64,000 nucleotides of DNA, taken from NCBI GenBank assembly GCA_947630445.1, contig CANRHQ010000003.1:11733-75732 (forward strand). The letters run 5' to 3'. Origin of the DNA: an uncultured Clostridia bacterium. GTDB lineage: Bacteria > Bacillota > Clostridia > TANB77 > CAG-508. The position numbers and the translations under genes are program-made. This document shows, piece after piece, positions 51,824-62,899 of the stretch (position 1 is its first letter; each line of letters starts with the position of its first letter). The notes beneath the pieces were generated by a model that worked only from the letters and a program-made list of their open reading frames with translations, had not been told where the DNA came from and made no database searches.

Positions 51824-54800
51824 TTAAACATTTTGTTTTTCTTTTTTTATTTTTTCTTCATTTTCTTTTTCTAATGCTTTCTTTTGCTTTTGTTTTGCTT
51901 TTAAATTATCTTTAGCAACAGTCATAAGAAGTTTGATTCTATTTGTTTGGTTTGTTTCACTTGCCCCTGGATCATAGTCTACAGGTACTATGTTAGCATC
52001 TGGGTACATATCTCTAATTGTTTTTATTACTCCTTTACCAACTACATGGTTTGGCAAACATGCAAAAGGTTGTACACATACTATATTAGGTATATCATTT
52101 TCCATATATTCTAACATTTCTGCCGTTAAAAACCATCCTTCACCTGTTTGATTTCCTGTTGATAATACTGATTTTACATTGTCTGCTAAATGCCATATAT
52201 TTGATGTTGGTAAATATCCTTTTTTAGATTTTGATAAGGCTTTTTTTGTATCTTTCTCAAATAATTCTATTAATCCTATTGCTGCTTTAAATAACATTGC
52301 TTTTTTATTGTCATTTTTTAACATTTGGTTTGATATTACTTTATTACTTGCTATAAATTTTATAAATCCTAGGAAATCTGGGAGAATTACTTCTGCTCCT
52401 TCTTTTTCCAAAAGATTTGCTACAAAATTATTTCCAAATGGATGATATTTTATAAGTATTTCTCCTACTATTCCAACTTTTGGTTTTTCCTTACTTTTAT
52501 CTAATTCTATTTTTTCAAAGTCCTCTACTATTTTATAAATGCTTTTTGAAAATTCTTTATTACTTGCATTTATTATTTTTTTACATTTTTCCATCCATTC
52601 ATTAAATAATTTTTCTGTTTCACCTTTATTTTTTTCATAAGGTCTATTTTTGTATAACATTTTTTGCAATAGGTCTCCATATACCATTGCTCTTAATAAA
52701 CCTTCTATAAGTGGTAATGTTAGTTTAAATCCCGAATTTTTCTCCATTCCTACAACATTAAATGATATTACTGGAACATTTTCAAACCCTGCATCTTTTA
52801 ATGCTTTACGAATAAATCCTATATAATTTGTTGCTCTACAACCTCCACCTGTTTGAGACATTATTAAAGCTGTTTTGTTTAAATCATATTCTCCTGATTC
52901 CAATGCCTCAATCATTTGACCTGTTGTTATTATTGATGGATAACAAGCATCATTATTTACATATTTTAGACCAGTTTCTATTGTTTTAGGTGTGCAATCT
53001 CTTAATAATTTAGCATGATACCCTTCACTAGCTAATACTGTTTCTAAAAATTCAAAATGAATTGGAGCCATCTGTGGTATTAAGATTGTATAATCTTTTT
53101 TCATGTCTTGTGTGAATTCTTTTCTATTTAATCTATAATCTCCTGTTGCATCTTTTTCCTGTTTTTCTTTTAATCTTTTATTTATGCTTGCCAATAATGA
53201 ACGCAAACGAATTCTTACTGCTCCTAAATTATTTACTTCATCTATTTTTATAAGTGTGTACATTTTTCCAAAACTTGTTAGAATTTCTTCTACTTGATCA
53301 GTTGTTACTGCATCTACACCACATCCAAATGAGTTTATTTGAACTAACTCTAAATTATCATGTCTTCCTACAAAATCAGCTGCTGCATATAATCTTGAAT
53401 GGAACATCCATTGATCAACAACTCTTAATGGACGCTCTGGTAAAGTTTTATCTGCAACACTGTCTTCTGTTAATACACACATTCCTAGACTAATTATTAA
53501 TGTATCTATTCCATGATTTATCTCTGGGTCTATATGATATGGTCTTCCAGCTAATACAATACCTTTTAATTTATGCTTTTCTATATATTCTAAAGTTTCT
53601 TTACCTTTTTCATGAATATCTTGTCTACATTTTTGATATTCTTCTTCTGCCTTTTCTATTGCTATTTTTAATTCTTTTTTAGTAAATTTATATTCTTTAA
53701 ATTCTTCTAATTCAAGCATTCTTGTCATTAATTGTTTTGGTTCAAATGGCAAAAATGGATTTATAAATTTTATATTATTTGTTTTTAATTCTTCCACATT
53801 ATTTTTTATTACTTCTGAATAAGATATTACTATTGGACAATTATATCTATTATTTGCATCTTTAAATTCTTTTCTTGAATATGGCATACAAGGATAAAAT
53901 ATTGTTTTTATTCCTTTTTGTATTAAACTTACTATATGTCCATGTGATAATTTTGCTGGATAACATACTGATTCAGATGGCATTGATTCTATGCCTTTTT
54001 CATATATTTTTCTTGTACTCTTTTCTGAAATTATTACTCTAAATCCTAAATTTGTAAATAATGTGAACCAGAATGGATAATCTTCATACATATTTAATAC
54101 TCTAGGAATTCCTATTGTACCTCTTGGTGCATCTTTTTCTTCTAGTGGTTCATATCCAAAAATTCTGTCATATTTATATTTTACTAAATTGGGAAGTTCA
54201 GCATGTTTATTAACAAGTCCTTCTCCTTTTTCACATCTATTTCCAGATATATATCTTTTTCCATTATTAAATTTATTTATTGTTAATTGACAATGATTTT
54301 CACATCCATTACATCTTGTATGTGAAATTTGGATATTTAATTTATTAATCTGATTTATATTAGAAAGTGTTGATTTATAATCCATATCCATATTTGCTTC
54401 ATATTGTTCACATGCAAGTAATGCCATACCATAAGCACCCATAAGTCCTGCAATATCTGGTCTTATGACATTTCTTCCAACAATTAATTCAAATGCTCTT
54501 AATACCGCTTCATTATAAAATGTTCCACCTTGTACAACTATTCTACTTCCTAATTTTTTTGTATCTCTTATTTTCATAACTTTTTGTATTGCATTTTTTA
54601 TTACTGAATAAGATAATCCTGCTGATATATCTCCTATTGAACAACCTTCTTTTTGTGCTTGTTTTATTTTTGAATTCATAAATACTGTACATCTAGAGCC
54701 TAAATCAACTGGATTTTGAGCACTTAGTGCTTCATTAACAAATTCAGAAATACTTAAATTTAGACTTTTCGCAAATGTTTCTATAAAAGATCCACATCCT

Positions 54801-56140
54801 GATGAACAAGCCTCATTTAGCATAATATTATCTATTGTATTATTTTTTAATTTTATGTATTTCATGTCTTGTCCACCAATATCTACAATACTAGTAACTT
54901 TAGGTTCAAATTTTTTTGCTGCAGTATAATGTGCAATTGTTTCAATTTCACTTAAGTCAACATTTAATGCCGTTTTTATTAATTTTTCTCCATATCCTGT
55001 AACTCCGCTATATCTTATTATTGCTTCTTTAGGTATTACAGCATATAATTCTTTTAACATTTCTATTATACTTTCAAGTGGTTTTCCCTCATTACTTTTA
55101 TATGCAGAATAAAGTAATGTTCCATCTCTATCTATTACTACTAATTTTGATGTTGTTGAACCTGCATCTATTCCTACAAAACAATCTCCTTTGTGCTCAC
55201 TTAATTCTTTCTTTTCTACTTTATCTTTATCATGTCTTGTTTTAAATTCTTCATATTCTGCATTTGTCGAAAATAATGGTTTTAGTGGTTGAGTAGTAGT
55301 ATCTTTTGATAATTTTAATACTTGTATTTTACTTTTTAATTTTTCCACACTTATAGGATTCATTTCTCTAGCTTCTAAACATGCACCTTTTGCTACCAAT
55401 AAATGAGGTTCTTCTGGAACTATAGTCTGCTCACTTGTTAAATTTAATGTTTCTACAAATCTTTTTCTTAATTCTGGTATATATGTTAATGGTCCTCCTA
55501 AAAATGCAACATTTCCTCTTATAGGTCTACCACAAGCTAATCCACTTATTGTTTGATTTACTACTGCTTGTAATATTGATACTGCTATATCCTCTTTTGC
55601 AGCACCTTCATTCAATAATGGTTGTACATCTGTTTTTGCAAAAACACCACATCTAGATGCTATTGGATATATTGTTTCAAAGTTTTTAGCTAAATCGTTT
55701 AATCCACTTGTGTCAGTATTTAATAATGATGCCATTTGATCTAAAAATGCTCCTGTACCACCTGCACATGTTCCATTCATACGTTGTTCTATTGCTTTTC
55801 CAAAATAAATAATTTTTGCATCTTCTCCACCTAATTCTATTACAACATCTGTTTGTGGAATATACTTTTCTACTGCTCTTTTACAAGCAACTACTTCTTG
55901 TATAAATGGTACATCTAAAAAATTAGCTGTACTCATTGCTCCAGAACCTGTTAGTGCTATAGTAAATTCATTATCTTTATATCTTTCTAATAATTTTTCT
56001 AATACTTTACATACTGTATTTTTTGTATCTGAATAATGTCTTTCATAAGAGGAATATATTTGCTCTAAATTTTCATCCATTACTACAATTTTTACAGTAG
56101 TTGATCCTACATCCATTCCTATATGTATTACTTTTTTCAT
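51824..56140 (-). CDS. Giant fused acyl-CoA dehydratase activase-related protein (two BcrAD/BadFG ATPase modules plus dehydratase-component-like domains)
   Basis: 1438 aa. Two repeats of the GxDxGSTTxK actin-fold ATPase motif ([20 protein letters not shown]), cysteine clusters, and a C-terminal 2-hydroxyacyl-CoA-dehydratase-like region. Confidence 0.8.
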   Translation of the reverse strand: MKKVIHIGMDVGSTTVKIVVMDENLEQIYSSYERHYSDTKNTVCKVLEKLLERYKDNEFTIALTGSGAMSTANFLDVPFIQEVVACKRAVEKYIPQTDVVIELGGEDAKIIYFGKAIEQRMNGTCAGGTGAFLDQMASLLNTDTSGLNDLAKNFETIYPIASRCGVFAKTDVQPLLNEGAAKEDIAVSILQAVVNQTISGLACGRPIRGNVAFLGGPLTYIPELRKRFVETLNLTSEQTIVPEEPHLLVAKGACLEAREMNPISVEKLKSKIQVLKLSKDTTTQPLKPLFSTNAEYEEFKTRHDKDKVEKKELSEHKGDCFVGIDAGSTTSKLVVIDRDGTLLYSAYKSNEGKPLESIIEMLKELYAVIPKEAIIRYSGVTGYGEKLIKTALNVDLSEIETIAHYTAAKKFEPKVTSIVDIGGQDMKYIKLKNNTIDNIMLNEACSSGCGSFIETFAKSLNLSISEFVNEALSAQNPVDLGSRCTVFMNSKIKQAQKEGCSIGDISAGLSYSVIKNAIQKVMKIRDTKKLGSRIVVQGGTFYNEAVLRAFELIVGRNVIRPDIAGLMGAYGMALLACEQYEANMDMDYKSTLSNINQINKLNIQISHTRCNGCENHCQLTINKFNNGKRYISGNRCEKGEGLVNKHAELPNLVKYKYDRIFGYEPLEEKDAPRGTIGIPRVLNMYEDYPFWFTLFTNLGFRVIISEKSTRKIYEKGIESMPSESVCYPAKLSHGHIVSLIQKGIKTIFYPCMPYSRKEFKDANNRYNCPIVISYSEVIKNNVEELKTNNIKFINPFLPFEPKQLMTRMLELEEFKEYKFTKKELKIAIEKAEEEYQKCRQDIHEKGKETLEYIEKHKLKGIVLAGRPYHIDPEINHGIDTLIISLGMCVLTEDSVADKTLPERPLRVVDQWMFHSRLYAAADFVGRHDNLELVQINSFGCGVDAVTTDQVEEILTSFGKMYTLIKIDEVNNLGAVRIRLRSLLASINKRLKEKQEKDATGDYRLNRKEFTQDMKKDYTILIPQMAPIHFEFLETVLASEGYHAKLLRDCTPKTIETGLKYVNNDACYPSIITTGQMIEALESGEYDLNKTALIMSQTGGGCRATNYIGFIRKALKDAGFENVPVISFNVVGMEKNSGFKLTLPLIEGLLRAMVYGDLLQKMLYKNRPYEKNKGETEKLFNEWMEKCKKIINASNKEFSKSIYKIVEDFEKIELDKSKEKPKVGIVGEILIKYHPFGNNFVANLLEKEGAEVILPDFLGFIKFIASNKVISNQMLKNDNKKAMLFKAAIGLIELFEKDTKKALSKSKKGYLPTSNIWHLADNVKSVLSTGNQTGEGWFLTAEMLEYMENDIPNIVCVQPFACLPNHVVGKGVIKTIRDMYPDANIVPVDYDPGASETNQTNRIKLLMTVAKDNLKAKQKQKKALEKENEEKIKKEKQNV

Positions 56141-56244
56141 TATATATTATGCCTCCATTTAAAGAAGTTTTCATTTTAATTCAATTCTCATGTGGTAATA
56201 TATCACATTATATTCTTTTTTTCAAGGTAAATTTATGGTTTTGC

Positions 56245-56273
56245 TTGACAACTTTATGTAAATAAGATATAAT
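56245..56273 (+). promoter_or_regulatory. Perfect consensus sigma-A promoter
   Basis: TTGACA (56245..56250), 17-nt spacer, TATAAT (56268..56273). Lies 58 nt upstream of the 56331 ORF. A small hairpin CTATACC-TTTT-GGTATAG is in the leader. Confidence 0.65.
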
Positions 56274-56330
56274 CTTGTCTATACCTTTTGGTATAGTTAC
56301 AAGTAACCCTTTCTGACTAGGAGGATTAAA

Positions 56331-56687
56331 ATGAAACTGAGATTTAATTTTAATTCAGTTGTCCAGTTTAGCATTAGAGGTTTCAGTACTCCTCATCACA
56401 TTTCTGGAAGAGTAATTGAAGTGTTTGATGATGAAGTCGTTATAGTTCCTCAATGCAAACTTAAACCAAAACAAAATCATTCTTTAGAAGAAGATTTTGT
56501 TTCTATCGACAGTGGTGAACCAGTACATGTTCAGAGAGACTTAATTTACCTTTGGCGTTATTTAAATATCGATGAATTAGATGACTCTTCAATTCTTGAT
56601 AATATCTGCAAAGGTGCTACAACATGTCAATTTGATACCGATACAGGTTTATATACTGGTATTACTAACAACCCTGTCGAAACCTAA
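56331..56687 (+). CDS. Hypothetical protein
   Basis: 118 aa. AGGAGG RBS and a consensus promoter. No motif recognised. Confidence 0.6.
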   Translation: MKLRFNFNSVVQFSIRGFSTPHHISGRVIEVFDDEVVIVPQCKLKPKQNHSLEEDFVSIDSGEPVHVQRDLIYLWRYLNIDELDDSSILDNICKGATTCQFDTDTGLYTGITNNPVET

Positions 56688-56731
56688 TCACATTTGTTAA
56701 AAGGAACAATTAATCATTGTTCCTTTTTAAT

Positions 56732-59332
56732 TTATTCTGTTCTTAATGCTTCTACTGGATCTCTTTTAGCTGCAAATTTAGCTGGTATAAGTCCTGCAAT
56801 CATAGTTAACAATACACTTATAATTACTAGAGCTATTCCTCCTCCAACTGGTAATTTTGCAATTCCAGATATTTCTACTAAAGATTTTATTAATAAATTT
56901 ATAGGAATATTTAATAAAATTGTTACACCTATTCCCAATAATCCTGCTATTAGTCCTACTATTAATGTTTCTGCATTAAATACTCTTGAAACATCTTTCT
57001 TAGAAGCACCTATACTACGTAAAATTCCAATTTCTTTTGTTCTTTCAAGTACAGATATATATGTTATAATTCCTATCATAATTGATGATACTACTAATGA
57101 TATGCCAACAAATGCAATTAATACATAACTAATTACATTTATAATTGTTGATACTGAATCCATCATTATTCCAATTACATCTGTATAGTTTATAACATTT
57201 TCTTCTTTTCCTTGTTCTGTTTGCTTGTTATTATAATCTGTTATAATATTTGCAATCATATCTTTTGAATCAAAATCTTTAGGATAAATATTTATTGTGC
57301 TTGGTTTATTTAAGTCTACTACTCCTAATGTTTTTAAATTAGATTCATAAGTTGCATTAGCATTATCTGAATATGTTTGTAAAATTTCAGCAAGTTCTGC
57401 TTCTGATAATGTTGCCATATATGCCTTTTGTTCATTTGATAAACTAGAATAATCAAATGTTGCATTAGTAGATGTTGGGAATTCCATACCTGTAAATACA
57501 TTTATTCCTGAATTTTCTTTTTGCTCTTTTACTATTTCTGTTTCATTTATTTTATTTATTACATATTCTTTTAATTCTTTGTTATATCCAATTAAACCTG
57601 CCTCTGATGATGCAACAGTTTCTTCATTTGGCTTTATTATTCCTACTATACTAATTTCTTCTGCATCATTTACAAGTTTTTTCATATATTCTTCATTGTC
57701 TGACATATTTTTCCATATATTACCTGCTTTTTGATAGTAATCTGTATTTAATAATATTTTAAATTTATAATTTAAAATATCTTCATAAGTATAGCTTTCT
57801 TCTTCGTTTGATTTAACTTCTTCTCCATTCATGATTTTATCCATTGCATCACTAAGTTCATTTATATCTTTAATCCCTAATGAATAAAGTGTATAATCAC
57901 TAACTGCATAATTTTCATCAACAATTAGTACAACTTCATTGTATTTTGTTGGCCATCTTCCAGCTAATACATCATATTGTGATTCTAATAATTTTTTATT
58001 GTCAAGCATTTCTGTCCAGACATTTGTTTCTGTCATCATTGTTCCTGATGACATCATTGGATTATTTTGGCGTGCTTGCAACATATCTCCAAATCCTAGT
58101 TTTTCAAATACTATACTTGGATTAACTTGTTGTATATTTCCATCTTCATCTTGTTTATATATATTTAAGTCTAAATTATATCCATATTGTATAGCATTTA
58201 TATAATTTTTAATATCACTTTCATCACTTTCTATAAATGTTTTAAATGCCTCTAAATTATTTGTTTGTATTTTTGTTGATACAGTTTCTAATATATCATT
58301 TACTATAGCCCTAGAATATATTTTTCCATTGCTTTCTTCTCTTTCTTCACCTTTACCCATCATACTTTCCATCATACTTGACATATCTATTGTTGCTTCT
58401 TGAATTGTAATTGGATATGATGATAATGTATCTTCTTCTACTCTATTAATATATGATTGCATACCATGTGATAATGACATTATTAGTGCTATTCCAATTA
58501 TTCCTATGCTACCTGCAAATGAAGTTAAAAATGTTCTTCCTTTTTTAGTCATTAAATTATTTAAACTTAATCTTACTGCTGTTCCAAATTTCATTGATGC
58601 TTTTCCAGACTTTTCTTTTTTGGTTCTTGCTTTATCTAAATCCTTTTTATTTGCTTCATATGGGTTTGAATCATCTGTTACTTTTCCATCTAATAATCTT
58701 ATTATTCTTGTTGAGTATTTTTCTGCTAATTCAGGATTATGTGTTACCATTATTATTAATCTGTCTTTTGATATTTCTTTTAATATTTCCATTACTTGCA
58801 TACTTGTAACTGAATCCAATGCTCCAGTTGGTTCATCAGCAAGTAAAATATCTGGATCATTTACTAATGCTCTGGCTATTGCAACTCTTTGCATTTGACC
58901 TCCAGACATTTGATTTGGTTTTTTATTTATTTGATCACCTAATCCAACTTTTTCTAGTGCTTCTTTTGCTCTTTTTCTTCTCTCTTCCTTTGTTACACCA
59001 GATATTGTTAATGCTAATTCTACATTTGATAAAACTGTTTGATGTGGAATTAAATTATAATTTTGAAATACAAAACCTACTGAATGATTTCTATATGTAT
59101 CCCAGTCTTTGTCTTTGAATTCCTTTGTTGTTTTACCATTAATAATTAAATCTCCTGTTGTATATCTATCTAATCCTCCTATAATATTTAGCAAAGTTGT
59201 TTTTCCACATCCACTTTGCCCTAATATAGATACAAATTCGCTTTCTCTAAATTCTAGGCTTATTCCTTTTAGAGCTTTTACCTCATCAGAACCTGTTTTA
59301 TAGTTTTTAGTTATATTTTTTAATTGTAACAT
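56732..59332 (-). CDS. Fused ABC transporter ATPase + FtsX/MacB-type permease
   Basis: 866 aa. Walker A GQSGCGKTT, signature MSGGQMQR, Walker B ILLADEP. A large extracytoplasmic domain follows, then C-terminal FtsX-like helices. Confidence 0.88.
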   Translation of the reverse strand: MLQLKNITKNYKTGSDEVKALKGISLEFRESEFVSILGQSGCGKTTLLNIIGGLDRYTTGDLIINGKTTKEFKDKDWDTYRNHSVGFVFQNYNLIPHQTVLSNVELALTISGVTKEERRKRAKEALEKVGLGDQINKKPNQMSGGQMQRVAIARALVNDPDILLADEPTGALDSVTSMQVMEILKEISKDRLIIMVTHNPELAEKYSTRIIRLLDGKVTDDSNPYEANKKDLDKARTKKEKSGKASMKFGTAVRLSLNNLMTKKGRTFLTSFAGSIGIIGIALIMSLSHGMQSYINRVEEDTLSSYPITIQEATIDMSSMMESMMGKGEEREESNGKIYSRAIVNDILETVSTKIQTNNLEAFKTFIESDESDIKNYINAIQYGYNLDLNIYKQDEDGNIQQVNPSIVFEKLGFGDMLQARQNNPMMSSGTMMTETNVWTEMLDNKKLLESQYDVLAGRWPTKYNEVVLIVDENYAVSDYTLYSLGIKDINELSDAMDKIMNGEEVKSNEEESYTYEDILNYKFKILLNTDYYQKAGNIWKNMSDNEEYMKKLVNDAEEISIVGIIKPNEETVASSEAGLIGYNKELKEYVINKINETEIVKEQKENSGINVFTGMEFPTSTNATFDYSSLSNEQKAYMATLSEAELAEILQTYSDNANATYESNLKTLGVVDLNKPSTINIYPKDFDSKDMIANIITDYNNKQTEQGKEENVINYTDVIGIMMDSVSTIINVISYVLIAFVGISLVVSSIMIGIITYISVLERTKEIGILRSIGASKKDVSRVFNAETLIVGLIAGLLGIGVTILLNIPINLLIKSLVEISGIAKLPVGGGIALVIISVLLTMIAGLIPAKFAAKRDPVEALRTE

Positions 59333-59424
59333 TATTTCCTCCTATTTTTTTATATGTTAGTATTCTACTTTATGTTTGTGAATTTTGTGTGAATTTTTAC
59401 ATATATTTAATAATATGTTAAAAT

Positions 59425-59453
59425 TTGATTTTTATGTAAATTCATGGTATAAT
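59425..59453 (+). promoter_or_regulatory. Promoter of the LysM protein gene
   Basis: TTGATT (59425..59430), 17-nt spacer ending TGG, TATAAT (59448..59453). Confidence 0.55.
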
Positions 59454-59506
59454 AATTTTGTTATATTTTTGTATGTGATGAAAAAAAATAAAAGGAGGAC
59501 TATCAC

Positions 59507-60202
59507 ATGAAAAAACTTTTTGCAACTATCTTTTTGTTTTTCTGTTTGTTTGGTAGTTTTGATATGACTGTCAATGCTTCCACAACACAAGAGGATTTCT
59601 TATCAGAAAATCTTGTTACAAAAATCAGTTTTGAAAGAGGACATATGTTATTTGAACCTTATGATATGTCCCTTCATTCTAAACTGGAATCAAATCTTCC
59701 TGTAATGGAGAGTTCTGCTGGTGGTTTTGATTTTTCTTCAAACCTCATACGGGAATATGCTCTAGAATATTTCGAAAATACAGGAGAATTAATCAATTGG
59801 TGTGTAATTAGTTACAACAATCATCAAAACACAGACATTGTAATATTAAATGGAGAACCTTATTGGGACAAACTCTTAGAATGTTCTTTGTTTGAAAATG
59901 ATTTTGAATGGATTCTGTTGGATGGTTTCTTTGATAAGTTTGGATTACAAGCATTTAAAGAAAGTATTGAAAAAGATTCTAAAGTTATACCTTTACAGTA
60001 TCAAACATATGAAACTTCTAAAGATATTGCTATTTTAGAATTAGTTGTAGGAAGATATACTGTTAAACAAGGCGATAATCTTACAAAAATCGCCAAACAG
60101 TATAATACAACTGTAAATTGCATTTTAAATGCAAATCCTCAACTTAAAGATCCAAATATTATACATGTTGACGATTATATCACTATTACAACAGTAAAGT
60201 AA
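59507..60202 (+). CDS. Secreted protein with C-terminal LysM peptidoglycan-binding domain
   Basis: Signal peptide MKKLFATIFLFFCLFGSFDMTVNA. C-terminal YTVKQGDNLTKIAKQYNTTVNCILNANP...DDYITI is a LysM domain. Confidence 0.8.
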   Translation: MKKLFATIFLFFCLFGSFDMTVNASTTQEDFLSENLVTKISFERGHMLFEPYDMSLHSKLESNLPVMESSAGGFDFSSNLIREYALEYFENTGELINWCVISYNNHQNTDIVILNGEPYWDKLLECSLFENDFEWILLDGFFDKFGLQAFKESIEKDSKVIPLQYQTYETSKDIAILELVVGRYTVKQGDNLTKIAKQYNTTVNCILNANPQLKDPNIIHVDDYITITTVK

Positions 60203-60213
60203 TTTTCATCACT

Positions 60214-60245
60214 CCCCATACAAGTTTTGTATGGGGTTTTATTTT
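60214..60245. terminator. Hairpin terminator between convergent genes
   Basis: CCCCATACA (60214..60222) pairs with TGTATGGGG (60228..60236), followed by a T-run. Confidence 0.65.
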
Positions 60246-60958
60246 TATTCTACCTCACTATCTCCTGTTAAATAATCTATTTTTACATTAGGCTGATTAT
60301 TATAAACATATACATTAAATAAAATACCAGCTCCTTTATCTTCTACAGATTCTGCTTCTATCTGTACCCCACTTGCTAATAAATTATTATTTTTAAATAT
60401 AGGTGTAACTCTATATAAAACATGATTACTTGTATTTTTTACATATTCAGCAACTTGATTTTCGAAAGGCAACATTCCTTCGACATTCATATATCTTGTT
60501 CCTGTTATTAAATTTTTTTCATTAGCATTCTCTGCTGTTAATTGGTATCCTATGAGATGACATCTATTATATAAATATTTTCCATCCACAAAATCATATT
60601 TTACTGTATGCCATCCTGTAGGTTTTACTTGACCGATTGGCTCTCTGTCTTCTGTTGGCATTATATCAATTCCTATATTTGCAAACGCAGTACCACATCT
60701 ACCTAAACTATCTAATTCACTATAACTTTCAAATGATTCTGTTGAAAAATATTTTTCTTCAAAATTAGGTTGATTATTATTAATAGTAACATATGGTGTA
60801 TTTTCATTAAATTCAGGTATTTCATCTAAATTTAATACATTCACCACTGTTTCATTTTCTTGTAAATCTTTTTGATAATAACCAACAATTGCAATAAATA
60901 ATATGATAACTAAAGTTGATAACAATTTAATTAGTTTCTTTTTTTCTCTTTTTTTCAT
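60245..60958 (-). CDS. Membrane-anchored non-specific DNA/RNA endonuclease (EndA / DNA-entry nuclease-like)
   Basis: 237 aa. N-terminal TM helix, then ...LDSLGRCG...GWHTVKY...YNRCHLIGYQLTAENANEKNLITGTRYMN... matches the streptococcal EndA-type nuclease pattern. Confidence 0.75.
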   Translation of the reverse strand: MKKREKKKLIKLLSTLVIILFIAIVGYYQKDLQENETVVNVLNLDEIPEFNENTPYVTINNNQPNFEEKYFSTESFESYSELDSLGRCGTAFANIGIDIMPTEDREPIGQVKPTGWHTVKYDFVDGKYLYNRCHLIGYQLTAENANEKNLITGTRYMNVEGMLPFENQVAEYVKNTSNHVLYRVTPIFKNNNLLASGVQIEAESVEDKGAGILFNVYVYNNQPNVKIDYLTGDSEVE

Positions 60959-61113
60959 TTTCGCTCTCCAAAATATTTTTTATCATTATATCATTTGATT
61001 TTTTTATAGTAAAGGAAATTTTTTACAAAACTATTGCACTTTATTCGGAAATGACTTATAATATGACTAATTTTATTCTTTATTTTTTATCTTTTAGAAA
61101 GGATTAATGTCAT

Positions 61114-61653
61114 ATGAATATTGAAAATTTTAATCATAATTTAGAAAATAATAATAATCACTCAAAAAATTTTATAACTAATTTTATTAAAGAACTTGGT
61201 AATGCACTAGAAAAGCTAATTGAGCCTCAAAAGAGTTTATCTGAAGATACTATTTTTGTAGTTAGAGATATTAATGATAAATGTTTAACTGTAGTTAATA
61301 TAGAAAATGGTAATGAATTTGAGATTAGTGATAATATATCTAAAGAAGTTATTGATAATTTAAGTTTAGGATCAGCTTTAACTTTTAAAGATGGAAAATA
61401 TATTCCATATAATAAAGAATTTAAAATAAAAAATAGTGAAGCTATGGCTAAATTAGATGATATGTACTTTTGTTTAGAAGATGAAAAAAATGCAGTTTAT
61501 TCAGTTAAAGAAATTTCTCAAGATAAAATATATCTAACAAATGTTAAAGAAGGTGGCTTTTTTAGTATTCCAAAGTCTAAATATCCAGATTTTAAGTTAG
61601 GAGATTTAGTAAAAAACGAAAATGGTAAATATGTTTTACAGAAAAAAGATTAA
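61114..61653 (+). CDS. Hypothetical protein
   Basis: 179 aa with a terminator hairpin downstream (AATCGAGG...CCTCGATT). No motif recognised. Confidence 0.55.
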   Translation: MNIENFNHNLENNNNHSKNFITNFIKELGNALEKLIEPQKSLSEDTIFVVRDINDKCLTVVNIENGNEFEISDNISKEVIDNLSLGSALTFKDGKYIPYNKEFKIKNSEAMAKLDDMYFCLEDEKNAVYSVKEISQDKIYLTNVKEGGFFSIPKSKYPDFKLGDLVKNENGKYVLQKKD

Positions 61654-61718
61654 TATTTAAAACCTTCATAAAATATAAAAAATCGAGGTTTTTATTCCTC
61701 GATTTGTTTTAAGAATGC

Positions 61719-62120
61719 TTAAAAAGACTCTTCAACATTGTAAAAAATTTTTTTCTTATAATGTTGTGATTTCCTTACTCCCATTGTGTGTACTGCGACA
61801 ATAATGTCTATTTCATTTTCATGTTTTTCATAATAAACAACTTTTTGTGAAATTAATGAAATATTATAAACCTCATTTTTAGCATCAACAATTTTAATAT
61901 CAGATATGCTCATTCCAGATAAAGTAATTGGATAATTAATATTTATTTCCTTTCCTTCTGATTTAACAGCATATGTGATAAAATTTGTTAAGTGTTTAAA
62001 ACGAGTAATTCCACACAATGTGCCATAATGGAAAATCGGCTTTCTTAAATACTTTTTCGCATTCTCATCTTCAAATGTTACATCTTCGAAAAATTTTTTC
62101 CGTAATGTTTTATCTTCCAT
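61719..62120 (-). CDS. Hypothetical protein
   Basis: 133 aa. AAAGGAGAGAA RBS. No motif recognised. Confidence 0.55.
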   Translation of the reverse strand: MEDKTLRKKFFEDVTFEDENAKKYLRKPIFHYGTLCGITRFKHLTNFITYAVKSEGKEININYPITLSGMSISDIKIVDAKNEVYNISLISQKVVYYEKHENEIDIIVAVHTMGVRKSQHYKKKIFYNVEESF

Positions 62121-62307
62121 ATTCTCTCCTTTACAATTGTTATAGAGTTTTTACTACAAATATTTTCTATATATTATCATAATGTTCATTATTTTTCAAT
62201 CTTAATTTGATTTTTTATGTTAAGTATGTTATAATATGTGAATATCAACTATGGTAGATTACCATTTGTAACTAAAAATTCCATATTCATCATTATGAGG
62301 TATAACG

Positions 62308-62559
62308 ATGGTTAATTTTGAGTACATGGCTTATGTTTTGTGTTTCAGTGAAACAAGAATGACATTTAAAGTTGATATTCTTATTGGCAATGATAATGTG
62401 GGTTCAGCAAGTATTATATTAGGAAAAAATACTAATGTTGACTTGTTATTTTGTGAACATTATCTTAAAAGCTATACTGAATACACTCATTATGTCAAAA
62501 CAGAAGATTTATTTTTTGTGTGCTTAAAACAAGCAAAAATAATTTGGAATTTATGTTAA
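62308..62559 (+). CDS. Hypothetical small protein
   Basis: 83 aa. The promoter-like TTGATT-17-TATAAT lies upstream, and a GAGGT RBS is present. Confidence 0.5.
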   Translation: MVNFEYMAYVLCFSETRMTFKVDILIGNDNVGSASIILGKNTNVDLLFCEHYLKSYTEYTHYVKTEDLFFVCLKQAKIIWNLC

Positions 62560-62593
62560 AGGAGTATTCTTTTGAATACTCCTTTTATATTTC

Positions 62594-62899
62594 CTATTTT
62601 CCACAATTACAATCATTTGAATTCATGTCTAAATAGTTTCCATCATTCATATAGAATTTCTTTTCTGATAATTTGTCTTGTACTCCTCTTAATGCTTCTC
62701 CAAACCTTTGGAAATGAACTATCTCTCTTTGTCTTAAAAATCTCAATGGGTCTATTACTTCTGGATTATCTCTGCATAAGTTTATTAGTTTTTCATAAGT
62801 TGCTCTTGCTTTTTGTTCTGCTGCTAAATCTTCTTGAAGATTTGCAATAGCATCACCTTTACATGCAATATATGCTGCTGTGCTATTAAGGATACCATT
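62594..62899 (-). pseudogene. cotJC: 3' fragment (about 100 codons) of a CotJC-like manganese catalase gene, truncated at an element junction
   Basis: Hand translation of the minus strand gives NGILNSTAAYIACKGDAIANLQEDLAAEQKARATYEKLINLCRDNPEVIDPLRFLRQREIVHFQRFGEALRGVQDKLSEKKFYMNDGNYLDMNSNDCNCGK*. It aligns with the B. subtilis CotJC C-terminal half (...ASYIQAKGDPIADLYEDIAAEEKARATYQWLI...LRFLREREIVH..RF.EA). The frame hits TAA immediately upstream, inside the recombinase gene's end, so no N-terminal half is present here. Confidence 0.75.

Noticed and set aside
60245-61653. EndA-like nuclease with the divergently transcribed 179-aa gene as a nuclease/immunity pair.
   Set aside because: The two genes are divergent rather than co-transcribed, and I recognise no inhibitor-like features. 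The support is too weak to report as a finding.
62572-62850. 92-aa plus-strand ORF.
   Set aside because: It is antisense to the clearly catalase-like minus-strand reading frame and starts inside a terminator hairpin.
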